64,000 nt of DNA from Vulcanimicrobiota bacterium (lineage in GTDB: Bacteria > Vulcanimicrobiota > Vulcanimicrobiia > Vulcanimicrobiales > Vulcanimicrobiaceae). Position 1 is the stretch's first letter; every line of letters starts with the position of its first letter. The notes beneath the pieces were generated by a model. That model was given only the letters and a program-made list of their open reading frames with translations. It had not been told where the DNA came from and ran no database searches. Below, in pieces: positions 34,139 to 44,330 of the stretch. Made by a program: the position numbers and the translations under genes. The stretch covers positions 3,328,001 to 3,392,000 of the forward strand of contig OY970223.1 in the NCBI GenBank assembly GCA_963714015.1. Direction: 5' to 3'.

Positions 34139-35361
34139 TCACCGAGGCGTTCGCGCTTGAACTCCTCGAGTTTGCGGATCAGTTCTTCGTCGATGGAAGC
34201 AGCCGGCGCGCCCTCTTCAGTCTCGGCCGTCTCGGCGACTTCGACTTCGGCCTGAACGACCGGCGCCTCGCCGCCTTCGGCGCTCTGTGCCCGTTCGGCC
34301 AAGTAGCGTTCGCGCGCCTCACCGGCTTCGGTTTCGCTCGCGATGTCCAAGCGCCAGCCGGTCAGACGAGCCGCTAACCGCACGTTTTGGCCTTCGCGGC
34401 CGATTGCCAGCGAGAGCTGATAATCCGGCACGACGACGAGCGCAACGCCGTCGTCTTCGAAGAGTTCGACGCCCAGGACTTTCGCCGGCTGTAGAGCGTT
34501 CATGATGAACGCCACGGGATCGGACTCCCACCGGATGACGTCGATCTTCTCGCCGCGCAATTCGTCGGAAACATTGGCAATGCGGCTGGACTTTGGGCCT
34601 AAGCACGCGCCAATCGGATCGATCTCCGGGCGAACGCTGCGCACGGCAACCTTCGAGCGGCTCCCCGGTTCTCGCGCGATCGCCATGATCTCGACGATAC
34701 CGTCTTCGATCTCGGGTACTTCGAACTCGAGCAGGCGCTGCACCAAACCTTCGGCTGCGCGCGAGAGAATGACGCTGGGGCCTTTAGGCGACTTGCGCAC
34801 GTCCAGAACGTACGCGCGAATGAAGTCGTTGATGCGGAAGTTCTCACGCGGCACCTGCTCCGAGAGCGGCAGCATCGCTTCGTCCTTACCGTCGAGGAGC
34901 ACGTACATGTTGCGCTGCTCGAAGCGCTGCACGGTGCCCTTGACGATGTCGTTGAGTTTGGCCGCGTACTTGTTGTAAACGGTGTCGCGTTCGGCCTCGC
35001 GGATGCGCTGGACGATCACTTGTTTGGCCGTCTGCGCAGCAATGCGTCCGAAGTCTTTCGGCGTCACTTCCTCGTCGAAATAGTCACCGACCTGATACTG
35101 GGGTCCCGATTGGCGCGGAGTTATCTCCAGTTTTGGATCCGCGACCTCTTCGACGACGGATCGCCGGTGGAAGACTTTGTATTCACCCGTTTGCCTGTCG
35201 ACGGTAACGATCGCGTTTGCTTCGCTGCCGAAATGGCGCTTGTACGCCGTCAGCAACGCCGCTTCCAACGCTTCGATGAGCATCTCGAAAGGAATGTTCC
35301 GCTCCTTCGAGATGAAGTGCAGAACGTCGATAAGTTTTTCGTCGGTCGCAGTCTCAGGCAT
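34135..35361 (-). CDS. nusA: Transcription termination/antitermination factor
   Basis: FGRIAAQTAKQ, AREPGSRSK, SLAIGREGQNVRLA. Confidence 0.98.
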   Translation of the reverse strand: MPETATDEKLIDVLHFISKERNIPFEMLIEALEAALLTAYKRHFGSEANAIVTVDRQTGEYKVFHRRSVVEEVADPKLEITPRQSGPQYQVGDYFDEEVTPKDFGRIAAQTAKQVIVQRIREAERDTVYNKYAAKLNDIVKGTVQRFEQRNMYVLLDGKDEAMLPLSEQVPRENFRINDFIRAYVLDVRKSPKGPSVILSRAAEGLVQRLLEFEVPEIEDGIVEIMAIAREPGSRSKVAVRSVRPEIDPIGACLGPKSSRIANVSDELRGEKIDVIRWESDPVAFIMNALQPAKVLGVELFEDDGVALVVVPDYQLSLAIGREGQNVRLAARLTGWRLDIASETEAGEARERYLAERAQSAEGGEAPVVQAEVEVAETAETEEGAPAASIDEELIRKLEEFKRERLGE

Positions 35362-35908
35362 TGTTCAAATTCTTCCGTTCCATTTTAACAGGCGTATCGG
35401 CTCTTTGTTTTCGTTCTTTCTTATCTCGCTGCAAGTCCGAGCGGACGTCGTATTCCAGATTTGCGCGCTCGATGGTCGCGAGCGGCAACGGTAGTTCGCC
35501 TTTAGGCGTCTCCAGGATCACGTTCGTTCCGCGAACGCCGCGCAGCACGCCTCGGTGCGTCTTACCGCCCTGCACGAGCAATGACGTGACGACTTTGGCG
35601 GCGCGTCCGGCGAAACGTTCGTAGTCTCCCGGCTTGGTCAGAGGGCGATTCAGCCCCGCTGATTCGACCTCGAGCCGATAAGGGTCGTCGTAAGCGTCCA
35701 GTCGGGCATTGATTGTAGCAGCAATCCGTTCGCACGTAGCGAGATCGACGCCGCCTTCACGATCGATCGTGACGCTAAGCGACGTCGTTTGCCTGCCGCG
35801 GCGGGCGGAATGATGTACGATCTCCACGCCGGCAAAATGCGAATCGTGCGCGATCGATTCGATCGCGCGCTCGAACGCTTGCGGGAGCGTCAATTCTTCC
35901 AAAGGCAT
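35354..35908 (-). CDS. rimP: Ribosome maturation factor
   Basis: IDREGGV...C; Y.LEVESAGL.RPL. Confidence 0.92.
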   Translation of the reverse strand: MPLEELTLPQAFERAIESIAHDSHFAGVEIVHHSARRGRQTTSLSVTIDREGGVDLATCERIAATINARLDAYDDPYRLEVESAGLNRPLTKPGDYERFAGRAAKVVTSLLVQGGKTHRGVLRGVRGTNVILETPKGELPLPLATIERANLEYDVRSDLQRDKKERKQRADTPVKMERKNLNNA

Positions 35909-35935
35909 GACCGGTTTTCGGACCCTTACAACAAC

Positions 35936-35960
35936 GAAGCGCGGGACCTGCCCACGCTTC
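35936..35960 (-). promoter_or_regulatory. rimP/nusA operon leader hairpin
   Basis: Minus strand GAAGCGTGGG-CAGGT-CCCGCGCTTC ~30 nt upstream of rimP, preceded by -10-like TATTCT. Confidence 0.6.
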
Positions 35961-36244
35961 TGCGATTACTGCGTAAGAATACCCTAAAAATGCGGCGGGC
36001 CGCAACCCCAGTGGGTGCAGCCCCTCGCTCTGTTTAGTCTTCGCTGACTTAGAGCACGCATAAATTCGTGCCGGTGGACGTCCGGCTGCCGCTGAGCGCT
36101 CGTCTAGCGCTCCGTTGTTATGGCGCGCTCACTCGGGCTCCGTGGCCCGGTGGATCTTGCGGTAGTTCCAACCGCCCTCCTTAATGTTAACGCTCAAGCG
36201 TCTTTGCTGAGACACCTTCATTTTACGCCGCCGCAGCCGCAGTT

Positions 36245-37510
36245 TCAAGAACCCTTCGACGGCTCGGGTGCTGGCGGAGTAAACGGTTCCAAGTGCCCGG
36301 CGCAAATGAACGAGGAATTCGGTTCGATAATCCATTTCGGCTCGAGATCGCGATCGGAATCCACCATATATTGCGACCTTGAACCCGGATCGGGCAAGCG
36401 TGCGACCCACCCGGTACACCATTTGATTGGCCCGATCCGCTTCACCGACGTGACGTACATCTCCACGGCGAGCTCTTCGGGTGCAGTCCCCAAGAACGAT
36501 TGCTTCCATCTTTGAGCCGCGACATTTTCGACGTACAGAAACTTCGTGTTTGCGATGACGTCCGGCGGTGGAGTCGGCGGGGGCGGCGGCGTCGAGATTA
36601 GGCTTCCGGAGAAGTGGTAGTGCTCGCGCGGGGGCGGCGACATGGACGGATTGGCCGTTGGAATCAAATTCCGTAAGCGCTGGTTGAGCGTCTGACCGCG
36701 TTTGAAGGCAACGCGAGGGGCGGGGCGAGGCGTCGAGGGCGGCGCTTGAATCGGGCGCGCCGCTTGGGGTCCTTTCACGGCCGCGACCGGCTTTGGCCCC
36801 GGCGATCCGGCCAGCGTCCCCGGCGTCACGACGGTGACGGGCTTAGCCATCGCAATGACCGGCGCGGCAGTGGCTTGCAGAGGCGACGGTTCGGGCTGCG
36901 CGGTCGGCGGCGCAGCCGTCGGCGGCACAGCGGTCTGCGGCGCTTTGGCGGTCGGGACCGGCGTGCGCTTCACCGGCGGAGGGCTCGGCGCGGCAGATGG
37001 TCTCGGAACCGGTGAGGCGGTCGGTGGTGATTTTATCGACACAGCCGTTACCGGCAACGGAACGCTGGTCGGTACCGCAGCCGCGATCGGTGCGGCCGAA
37101 ACCGCAATCTGCGGCTCTTGCGTGACCACCGGCGCCGGCTGCATGGTGCTTTGCGGCGCGGGCGTCGGATTCGGCGGCGCCGTCGGTGCGAATTTCGCAA
37201 GCTCGTGCAATACGCGCGGATGCGGCGGCGCCGCTTGGGCGCGAGCTTGCGGATGCGCAGTCGGCATGACGCGCGCATGCGGAACGGGCGGCTGTGCATG
37301 CTGCGCCTGCGTTTGCGGCGGCGTCTTCGGCGCTTGCCGGGTGACGGTTACCAGCACGCCGTTCGTGGTAGACTCCGGCGCGCTTTGCTCCGAAGACGAA
37401 GTTGCCAACGAAAATAAGCAGAACGCTGCGATTGCGTGCAACAGCAGCGACGCGGCGAAGCTGACGAGCGTGCGTTCGGGGCGCCGTTTGTCGTTCGGAT
37501 CGCGTGTCAA
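36245..37510 (-). CDS. Membrane-anchored Pro-rich protein (TonB-like N-terminal anchor)
   Basis: SLLLH anchor and long Pro/Ala linker; start estimated at TTG 37510. Confidence 0.65.
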   Translation of the reverse strand: MTRDPNDKRRPERTLVSFAASLLLHAIAAFCLFSLATSSSEQSAPESTTNGVLVTVTRQAPKTPPQTQAQHAQPPVPHARVMPTAHPQARAQAAPPHPRVLHELAKFAPTAPPNPTPAPQSTMQPAPVVTQEPQIAVSAAPIAAAVPTSVPLPVTAVSIKSPPTASPVPRPSAAPSPPPVKRTPVPTAKAPQTAVPPTAAPPTAQPEPSPLQATAAPVIAMAKPVTVVTPGTLAGSPGPKPVAAVKGPQAARPIQAPPSTPRPAPRVAFKRGQTLNQRLRNLIPTANPSMSPPPREHYHFSGSLISTPPPPPTPPPDVIANTKFLYVENVAAQRWKQSFLGTAPEELAVEMYVTSVKRIGPIKWCTGWVARLPDPGSRSQYMVDSDRDLEPKWIIEPNSSFICAGHLEPFTPPAPEPSKGS

Positions 37511-37553
37511 GCGCAGGACCCTTCGGGAACTTTCTCGCAACGGCCTGGAGCGC

Positions 37554-38984
37554 ATGGAAAAGACGCAAAAACGTACGAAGATCGTCGCAACGCTCGGTCC
37601 GGCGTCGCGCGATCCGGAGATCATTCGATCGCTCATCATTGCGGGCGCAAACGTTTTCAGGCTCAACTTCTCGCACGGTTCGCCGCAAGAGCATTCCGAG
37701 AACATCGACAACATCCGCAAAGTCGCCGTGGATCTGAACCGGCACATCGCGATACTTCAGGATCTGCCGGGTCCCAAAGTTCGCACCGGGAAATTTGCGG
37801 ACGGCGCAACGAGCGTGCACCTCGAACGCGGACAGCAGTTCGTGCTGACCACTCACGAGGAACCAGGCAGCGTCCAGCGCGTCTCGGTTTCGTATCATGA
37901 CCTGCCGGCCGACGTCGCCGTCGGCAACCGCATCTATCTGCAAGACGGCACGATCACGCTGCGGATACTGGAAAAGAGCGCGACCGACATTTCCACGACG
38001 GTCGAAGTAGGCGGCGATCTTCGCGAGCAGCAGGGCATCAACTATCCGGACGGCACGCTGAATATCGCCGCCGTGTCCGATCGCGACTTGGAGTTTCTGG
38101 CCTTCGGGCTGGAACGCGACGTCGACTACGTCGCCGTTTCGTTCGTGCGCAACGCCGACGACGTGCGGCGCGTCAAATCATTTATCACCGACCGCAAAAA
38201 AACCACGCACGTCCTGGCAAAGATCGAAAAGCACGAGGCTCTGGACGACATCGAAGATATCATCGCCAGCGCCGACGGCATCATGGTTGCACGCGGTGAC
38301 TTGGGGATCGAGATTCCGCTCGAGCAAGTTCCCCTCGTGCAGAAAGACCTTATAGCGCGCTGCAACCGCGCGAGCAAACCGGTCGTCACGGCCACCCAGA
38401 TGCTCGAGTCGATGACGTTCAATCCACGCCCGACGCGCGCCGAGGCGACCGACGTCGCCAACGCTATCTTGGACGGTACCGACGCCGTCATGCTCTCGGG
38501 TGAGACCGCCCGCGGGCAGTATCCCACCGAGACCGTGCGCGTCATGGCCGAGATTGCGCGAGAAGTGGAGAAACAGTATCCGCACGAGACGCTGCAACTG
38601 CGTCGATTGGAAGGCGCGACGCGCGACATCGCAACGTCGATCGCCGAAGCGGCTACGCGTTCGAGCTCGGAGTTACACCTGCCGTTCATCGTTACCGGCA
38701 CCACGACCGGCAATGCCGCGCATCACATTTCCGCGTTTCGCCCGAAGGCGCACATCATCGCGCTCACTCCCGTCCCTGAGGTGGCCCGGCGGTTAGCTCT
38801 GCTTTGGGGGATCGAATCGATTCTGATCGAGCGCTACTCCTCGATCGACGTGCTGCTTCACATCATGGAGCAGCGGATGCTCGCGGAAGGCCTGGTCGAC
38901 CACGGCGACTGCGTCGCATTCACCACGGGCATGCCGGTCGGCGCCGGCGGAACGAACTTGCTCAAGGTGCACCAGATTGTTTAG
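37554..38984 (+). CDS. pyk: Pyruvate kinase
   Basis: TKIVATLGP, RLNFSHG, AKIE, MVARGDLG, ATQMLESM. Confidence 0.97.
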   Translation: MEKTQKRTKIVATLGPASRDPEIIRSLIIAGANVFRLNFSHGSPQEHSENIDNIRKVAVDLNRHIAILQDLPGPKVRTGKFADGATSVHLERGQQFVLTTHEEPGSVQRVSVSYHDLPADVAVGNRIYLQDGTITLRILEKSATDISTTVEVGGDLREQQGINYPDGTLNIAAVSDRDLEFLAFGLERDVDYVAVSFVRNADDVRRVKSFITDRKKTTHVLAKIEKHEALDDIEDIIASADGIMVARGDLGIEIPLEQVPLVQKDLIARCNRASKPVVTATQMLESMTFNPRPTRAEATDVANAILDGTDAVMLSGETARGQYPTETVRVMAEIAREVEKQYPHETLQLRRLEGATRDIATSIAEAATRSSSELHLPFIVTGTTTGNAAHHISAFRPKAHIIALTPVPEVARRLALLWGIESILIERYSSIDVLLHIMEQRMLAEGLVDHGDCVAFTTGMPVGAGGTNLLKVHQIV

Positions 38985-39418
38985 CTGAACGCGAAGCGGC
39001 CTCGGCCGTCGCCTCGAGCAGCGCGATTGTTTTCCGGTCCACACCGCTCCCCAATTGCGAAGCTTAACTCCGCAAGCGCCGATTGCAGCGAGGCGGCAAT
39101 CTTTCGCCCTTCCTTCGTGAGTGCGATTGCGATGCTGCGTCGATCGGAGCTCGAGCGCTCCCGCTCGACGTAGCCTTTTGATTCCAGACGATCTAAAACA
39201 CTGGTAAGCGTAGACCGGCGGTGCAGGAAGGCGCGATGAACCTCGTTTATCGTGCTGCTTCCCGCCGGTAAGAGCTGCAGCAGAACGAGGGCTTCCGGCT
39301 GCGAAAGTTCAGTCCCGAACTTTGCATCGACGAACAAGCCCAAGGCGTGCACGGCACGGTGCAGCTGCGCTACGTACGAGATGAAAAGTTCGGGATCCGC
39401 ATATCGTCTCATTGACAT
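38981..39418 (-). CDS. MarR-family regulator
   Basis: LTSVLDRLESKGYVER..SDRRS...LT.EG. Confidence 0.88.
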   Translation of the reverse strand: MSMRRYADPELFISYVAQLHRAVHALGLFVDAKFGTELSQPEALVLLQLLPAGSSTINEVHRAFLHRRSTLTSVLDRLESKGYVERERSSSDRRSIAIALTKEGRKIAASLQSALAELSFAIGERCGPENNRAARGDGRGRFAFS

Positions 39419-39447
39419 TACTACGATTTCGTATTATATGTTTTCGT

Positions 39448-39915
39448 ATGACTATCGCGCCTTTCCTTCTCGCGCTCACCGTTCAAGCAACAATGATTCT
39501 GCATCTGGCGGCGCCGCCCGCCGCGGCGTTTCCCCTTTTCGATCCGGTAAATGAGACCAAGTGGGATCCATCGTGGAAACCCCAGTTGCTTGGACCTGCT
39601 GTCAAACAAGGCTTAGTTTTCCTGACGCACGACGAACGCGGAAGCGCCACCTGGCTGCTCGACCGGTACGATCCGGCGGCGCACGTCATCCGCTATGTGG
39701 TTAGCGCGCCGGATCTGCTCGACGAGATTGATATCCAGGTGCGGCCCGAAGGCCACTCGCGCAGCGTCGCATCGGTCACCTACCGGCGCACGTCCCTAAG
39801 CCCGTCCGGCGATGAGCAGGTCCGCTATTTTCAGCGCCACTTTCCCAAACACGCGCCGCATTGGGAATCGGCGATCAACGCCGCCTTGGCCAGTTCTAAC
39901 GGTCCTTCGAAATAG
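39448..39915 (+). CDS. Hypothetical protein, SRPBCC/START-like
   Basis: FPLFDPVNE..W.P.W; divergent from MarR. Confidence 0.55.
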   Translation: MTIAPFLLALTVQATMILHLAAPPAAAFPLFDPVNETKWDPSWKPQLLGPAVKQGLVFLTHDERGSATWLLDRYDPAAHVIRYVVSAPDLLDEIDIQVRPEGHSRSVASVTYRRTSLSPSGDEQVRYFQRHFPKHAPHWESAINAALASSNGPSK

Positions 39916-39989
39916 ATAGCTGCTTCATGAACGGGACGAAGGCAGATGGCCATCGGGCGCACCGCTTCTTCGGGCAATTGGGCTGCCTG

Positions 39990-40502
39990 TTAGGGGCGCT
40001 CCGGTCGATAATGAATCTGCTTTAGGACGACGCTGTCTGGATTTAACTCATACTCAAAAAGCTTGTCATTCTTGCAGCATTTCTGTCCCGGAACATCGTA
40101 CGGGCGTTCGATCGTCAAGTGCGATCCGTCTAGGTTCGATCCGTAACCATAGCCCGATGGCGTATCGCCTTCGGGAAGCAGGGCCATACGAACGAGATGA
40201 CTCCCCCTCACCTTGAATATCGCAAACGCGCTGAATCCCATATCGTGGTCAGTTGTGAGCGGGACGAGCCAAAACGTCTGCTGCGCCGGCTTTGTCGTCT
40301 TCGCACCCATAATCTCGTACCGAAGTTCTCGGCCTTTAAGCCGAATAGTCTTCAAAAGCAGATTTCCATTGGAAAACTCTTGATAAGGTATCGGACGCGG
40401 CGGCGCCGGATCCGCTAACGCCGCCGAATTTGGCAACGCTTGAAAGGCTGCCATAATACTCGCGGCACAAGAAAGACTAAAAAGACATCTGTTCCAGTTC
40501 AT
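39990..40502 (-). CDS. Hypothetical exported protein
   Basis: Signal peptide; AT-richer than neighbours. Confidence 0.55.
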   Translation of the reverse strand: MNWNRCLFSLSCAASIMAAFQALPNSAALADPAPPRPIPYQEFSNGNLLLKTIRLKGRELRYEIMGAKTTKPAQQTFWLVPLTTDHDMGFSAFAIFKVRGSHLVRMALLPEGDTPSGYGYGSNLDGSHLTIERPYDVPGQKCCKNDKLFEYELNPDSVVLKQIHYRPERP

Positions 40503-40762
40503 TTATTTGCATGGCGCGGCGGGGTTTGACTTGCTGATGTCCGTGCGTAGCGCAAAGAGCAATACCCTACCTCCGATTGCACAGCTCGCTGAGCGGAGTC
40601 ACCCAGCACCGTTATTGCCAGAAAAGTATAGTATGCTGGCGGTTGATCGTCAACCACTCGATTCGCGCGGGAAACGTACGCCGCGAACACGTTTAAGGGC
40701 TGCCTACACTCGGACTGGCCCGCGAACTTCCTCGTCCTGCGAGGTTGAACGCGATGTGCTGC

Positions 40763-42499
40763 TCAGTGTGCCACGAGAGCGAGGCGGCGTTCGTGGGTTT
40801 GTTTTAGCAGCGTGCGCGCGTGTTGGAGGGCAACGGCGTGAGCTTCGCCCGAGAGCATACGGGCGATTTCGGCGGTACGTTCATCGTTGGTGGAAAGTTC
40901 GCGTACGTCGATCGTCGCCGCGGTTTTGCTCTCGTGTTTCTCGAGTACGTAATGCGCTTCGGCCCAGGATGCGATCTGCGCTAAATGCGTAACGCAAATG
41001 ACTTGTCCGTCCGCTGCAAGACGGCCTAAACGCACCCCGACGGCCGTTGCGGTTGCGCCGCCGATGCCGGCGTCGATCTCATCGAAAACCAGAGCAGTGC
41101 GCTCGCGTGCGCCGGAGAGAATGACGACCAGAGCCAGGAGCACACGCGAGAGTTCGCCGCCGGAGGCAACCCGCGCGAGCGGTCGTTCGGCCTCGCCTTT
41201 GTTTGCGGCGAACAGGAATTCGACGTCTTCGGCACCGCTCGCAGTGACTTCTTTGAACGGCTCCAAGCGCACGCCGAAACGCGCGGAGGGCAGCGCAAGA
41301 TCCTTTAATTCGACTTCGACGGCTTTGCGCAAACGTTCGGATGCGCCGTGACGAAGGCGCGAAAGGTGCTCGGCCGCAGTCTCCAATTCGTCCGTGCACT
41401 GCTGGAAGTCGCGTTCGAGTTGCATGCGGCGCTCGTCCTTGCTCTCGAAAAGATCCAGCGTCGACCGAAACTGCGCGGCAGAGGACAGCGCCGCATCAAT
41501 CGATCCGCCGTACTTGCGTTTTATCGTGTCGATCGCGTCCAGCCGCGCGTTGATCGCCTCGAGTTCACCCGGATCGAACTCCAGCGCTTCAACCTCGCGC
41601 GCGACGCGCACCGCCAAGTCGTTTGCCTCCTCCTGCAGCGCTTGCGCCGCATCCGCCATGCTCGCAAAATCCGCGCCGATATCGCGAACGTGCGCCAAGG
41701 CGTCGGCCGCAGCACCCAGCGCATCCGACGCCGAGGACTCCTCGGCTGCCAGTGCTTCATGCGCGGTCTGCAGCGCGCCGGCGAGCTTCTCAGCGTTGTC
41801 CAGCACGCGCCTGCGCTGCGTGAGCCGCTCATCCTCGCCCGCTTCGAGCGCTGCTCCTTCAATTTCTTCGAGCGCGTATTTCGCATATGCGTACTGCTCG
41901 CGCGCGCGGCGTTCGTCCGTGTCGAGCGATTCGATGGACCTTCGGATCTCTTGCCGGCGAGTAAAAAGTTCCGCGACGCGTGCTTTTCCGCGAAGCGCCG
42001 TCTCCCCGGCAAAACGATCCAAGAGCTCGACGTGATACGAGGGCGAGAGCAAACGCTGCGCCTCGTGCTGACCGACGATGTCGACGATTTCCGCCGCAAG
42101 CGCTCGCGCAAATGCGGCCGTGGCCGGCCGCCCGTTGAGCCGCAACGCCGACTTTCCGGCTTCGGACATCTCGCGAGAAAGCGTCGCGTCCTCGTCTTCG
42201 TCGAGCGGAAATCCGTCTGTCGCCAGCCGGTCGCGCAGCGCCGGTCCGGCCTCGAATTCGAGCGTTACGATTGCCCGCGCACACCCGCGACGCACGACGT
42301 CGGCGCTCGCGCGCTCTCCCAAAACGAAGGCGATGGCGCCAAGCACCATCGTTTTTCCGGATCCGGTCTCTCCGGTAAAGATCGTGGAGCCGCGCGCAAA
42401 GTCGATATGCGCGCGCGCGATCAGACCGTAATCCTCTATCGTCAGGCGCCGCAGCACGAGACGTTCATTCGCGTTTGCTGCGATCTTTGATCGAAACAC
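40763..42499 (-). CDS. recN: DNA repair protein RecN
   Basis: TGETGSGK, ASGGELSR, FDEIDAG, CVTHL.QIA. Confidence 0.96.
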   Translation of the reverse strand: MFRSKIAANANERLVLRRLTIEDYGLIARAHIDFARGSTIFTGETGSGKTMVLGAIAFVLGERASADVVRRGCARAIVTLEFEAGPALRDRLATDGFPLDEDEDATLSREMSEAGKSALRLNGRPATAAFARALAAEIVDIVGQHEAQRLLSPSYHVELLDRFAGETALRGKARVAELFTRRQEIRRSIESLDTDERRAREQYAYAKYALEEIEGAALEAGEDERLTQRRRVLDNAEKLAGALQTAHEALAAEESSASDALGAAADALAHVRDIGADFASMADAAQALQEEANDLAVRVAREVEALEFDPGELEAINARLDAIDTIKRKYGGSIDAALSSAAQFRSTLDLFESKDERRMQLERDFQQCTDELETAAEHLSRLRHGASERLRKAVEVELKDLALPSARFGVRLEPFKEVTASGAEDVEFLFAANKGEAERPLARVASGGELSRVLLALVVILSGARERTALVFDEIDAGIGGATATAVGVRLGRLAADGQVICVTHLAQIASWAEAHYVLEKHESKTAATIDVRELSTNDERTAEIARMLSGEAHAVALQHARTLLKQTHERRLALVAH

Positions 42500-43310
42500 C
42501 CCAGCGAAGCTTTTCCTCCAAGCGCTCGAAGAAGCGCAGGCGTTCTACCCGCGCAAACTTGACCATCCGCGGGTGACGTTCAATCACGACCGTTGCGCCC
42601 GGATCAAGGTCGCTTACGACGTCGCCGTCGCACTCCAGGTTCGCGTGCACGATCTCGGAGTCGCAGCTCACGATTATGCGCGAGGTTCCGGGAACGATGA
42701 GCGGACGCGAAAAGAGCGTATGCGGCAGGAGCGGTACGATGCCCAATGCTTCGACGTTGGGCGAAATGATAGAGCCTCCGGCCGACAGGAAGTACGCGGT
42801 GGAACCGGTCGGTGTGGCGATGCAGATGCCGTCCGCCGGCACGTGAGCGACCTCTTCGTCGTTGAGATACAGCCCAAATGGGACGAGGCGCGATACGGCT
42901 CCTTTGCGCACGACCACGTCGTTGAGGGCAAAAAACGTCCGTCCGTTGCATTCGGCCTGCAGCGCGAGCCGCTCTTCGATGATCAGTCCGCGCTCGAGCA
43001 GATCGGGAAGTTCGTCAATGAGTTCGTCGTCGTCGTCGAATTCGGTCAGAAAACCTAGACGCCCGGTATTGATGCCGATCAGCGGGACGCCGTCGTCTAC
43101 GGCGAGGCGCGCGGCGCGCAGCAGCGTTCCGTCGCCTCCGATCGTGATAAGGAGCGCCGCCTCGCCGATTCGCGACCCCGCGGCTATGGGCGTGACGTTG
43201 TAACCGGCCTCGGAGAATCGCGCGCGAACGCGAGCGCTCACCGCTTGAGCGTTCTCACGGTTCGGATCGGCGTAAAGCGCCACGACGCGCTTTTTCACGG
43301 AGACCGTCAC
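42465..43310 (-). CDS. nadK: NAD kinase
   Basis: GGDGT, GRLGFL, ALND, TPTGSTAY. Confidence 0.95.
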   Translation of the reverse strand: MTVSVKKRVVALYADPNRENAQAVSARVRARFSEAGYNVTPIAAGSRIGEAALLITIGGDGTLLRAARLAVDDGVPLIGINTGRLGFLTEFDDDDELIDELPDLLERGLIIEERLALQAECNGRTFFALNDVVVRKGAVSRLVPFGLYLNDEEVAHVPADGICIATPTGSTAYFLSAGGSIISPNVEALGIVPLLPHTLFSRPLIVPGTSRIIVSCDSEIVHANLECDGDVVSDLDPGATVVIERHPRMVKFARVERLRFFERLEEKLRWGVSIKDRSKRE

Positions 43311-44089
43311 GCCGGTCTCTCTTCGGCGACCACCGCATCGATCTCCGCGTCCCCGATGGAGCTTCCTTGAGGACGCAGCAGCATCAGGAACTCGCGATTT
43401 CCGGCCGGACCGAGCAAAGGTGAAGCAGTCAGCGCACGGGCTGAGAGGCCCAGCACGGGAAGCGCGTCGCGCACCTCGCGCAGCACTTGGCGATGAACCT
43501 CCGGATCGCGAACGACGCCGCCGCGGCCCAAGCGCTCGCGGCCGGCCTCGAACTGCGGCTTTACCAGCGCCACGATCGCTCCGTCCGGCGCAAGATAAGC
43601 CACCGCGCGAGCGAGGATTGTCCGCAGGGAGATGAATGACGTGTCGATGACGATCAGATCGAATTTTCGATCGAACGCGTTATCGGGGAGGCGCCGGAAA
43701 TTGGTACGCTCGAGCACCGTCACGCGGGTATCGTTGCGCAACGCCCAATCCAGCTGGCCGTAGCCCACGTCCACCGAGGTAACGTGCGCGGCGCCGCGCT
43801 GCAAAAGGCAATCGGTGAATCCGCCCGTGGACGCGCCGACGTCGAGCGCGTATTTGCCTTCAGCGTCTATGCGGAAAGCGTCCAAGGCATGCGCGAGCTT
43901 CTCTCCGCCGCGACTGACGAACGCGCGCGGCCGTTCCACTTCGATCCGCGCATCTTCGCGCACGCCGGCGCCGGCTTTGGTTGCGAGCGCTCCGTTAACC
44001 CGCACGCGCCCCTCCATGATCAAGCTGCGCGCTTGCGAGCGCGTGATTCCTTCACGCTCGGCAACGATGTTGTCTAAACGCTCCGCCAT
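43307..44089 (-). CDS. tlyA: TlyA rRNA methyltransferase
   Basis: S4 domain, FVSRGGEKL, DVGASTGGFTD, KPQFE, GNREF. Confidence 0.95.
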   Translation of the reverse strand: MAERLDNIVAEREGITRSQARSLIMEGRVRVNGALATKAGAGVREDARIEVERPRAFVSRGGEKLAHALDAFRIDAEGKYALDVGASTGGFTDCLLQRGAAHVTSVDVGYGQLDWALRNDTRVTVLERTNFRRLPDNAFDRKFDLIVIDTSFISLRTILARAVAYLAPDGAIVALVKPQFEAGRERLGRGGVVRDPEVHRQVLREVRDALPVLGLSARALTASPLLGPAGNREFLMLLRPQGSSIGDAEIDAVVAEERPA

Positions 44090-44099
44090 GCCGGGCGGC

Positions 44100-44330
44100 C
44101 TAGAATGGGATCTCCTGATCGCCGGGTTGCTGCGCCGCTTGCCCCATTGCGCGGTCGATCTGCTCCTGCGCTCCTGTGAGCAATTCCTGACACTCGGCCG
44201 AGATCGTCTTGCCTTCTTTGAACAGCGCGACGGCGCGGTCGAGCTCGACGCTTCCATTCTCGAGTTCCTTGACGATTGCTTCGAGGCGCGCGATTTTCTG
44301 CTCGAAAGCACCCGGAGTTTGATCAGCCAT
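44100..44330 (-). CDS. xseB: Exonuclease VII small subunit
   Basis: FE....RLE.IV..LE.G...L; follows xseA. Confidence 0.92.
   Translation of the reverse strand: MADQTPGAFEQKIARLEAIVKELENGSVELDRAVALFKEGKTISAECQELLTGAQEQIDRAMGQAAQQPGDQEIPF

Noticed and set aside
36834..37553. Gly/Cys-rich N-terminal extension of pyruvate kinase
   Set aside because: Antisense to the Pro-rich gene; pyk homology starts at ATG 37554.
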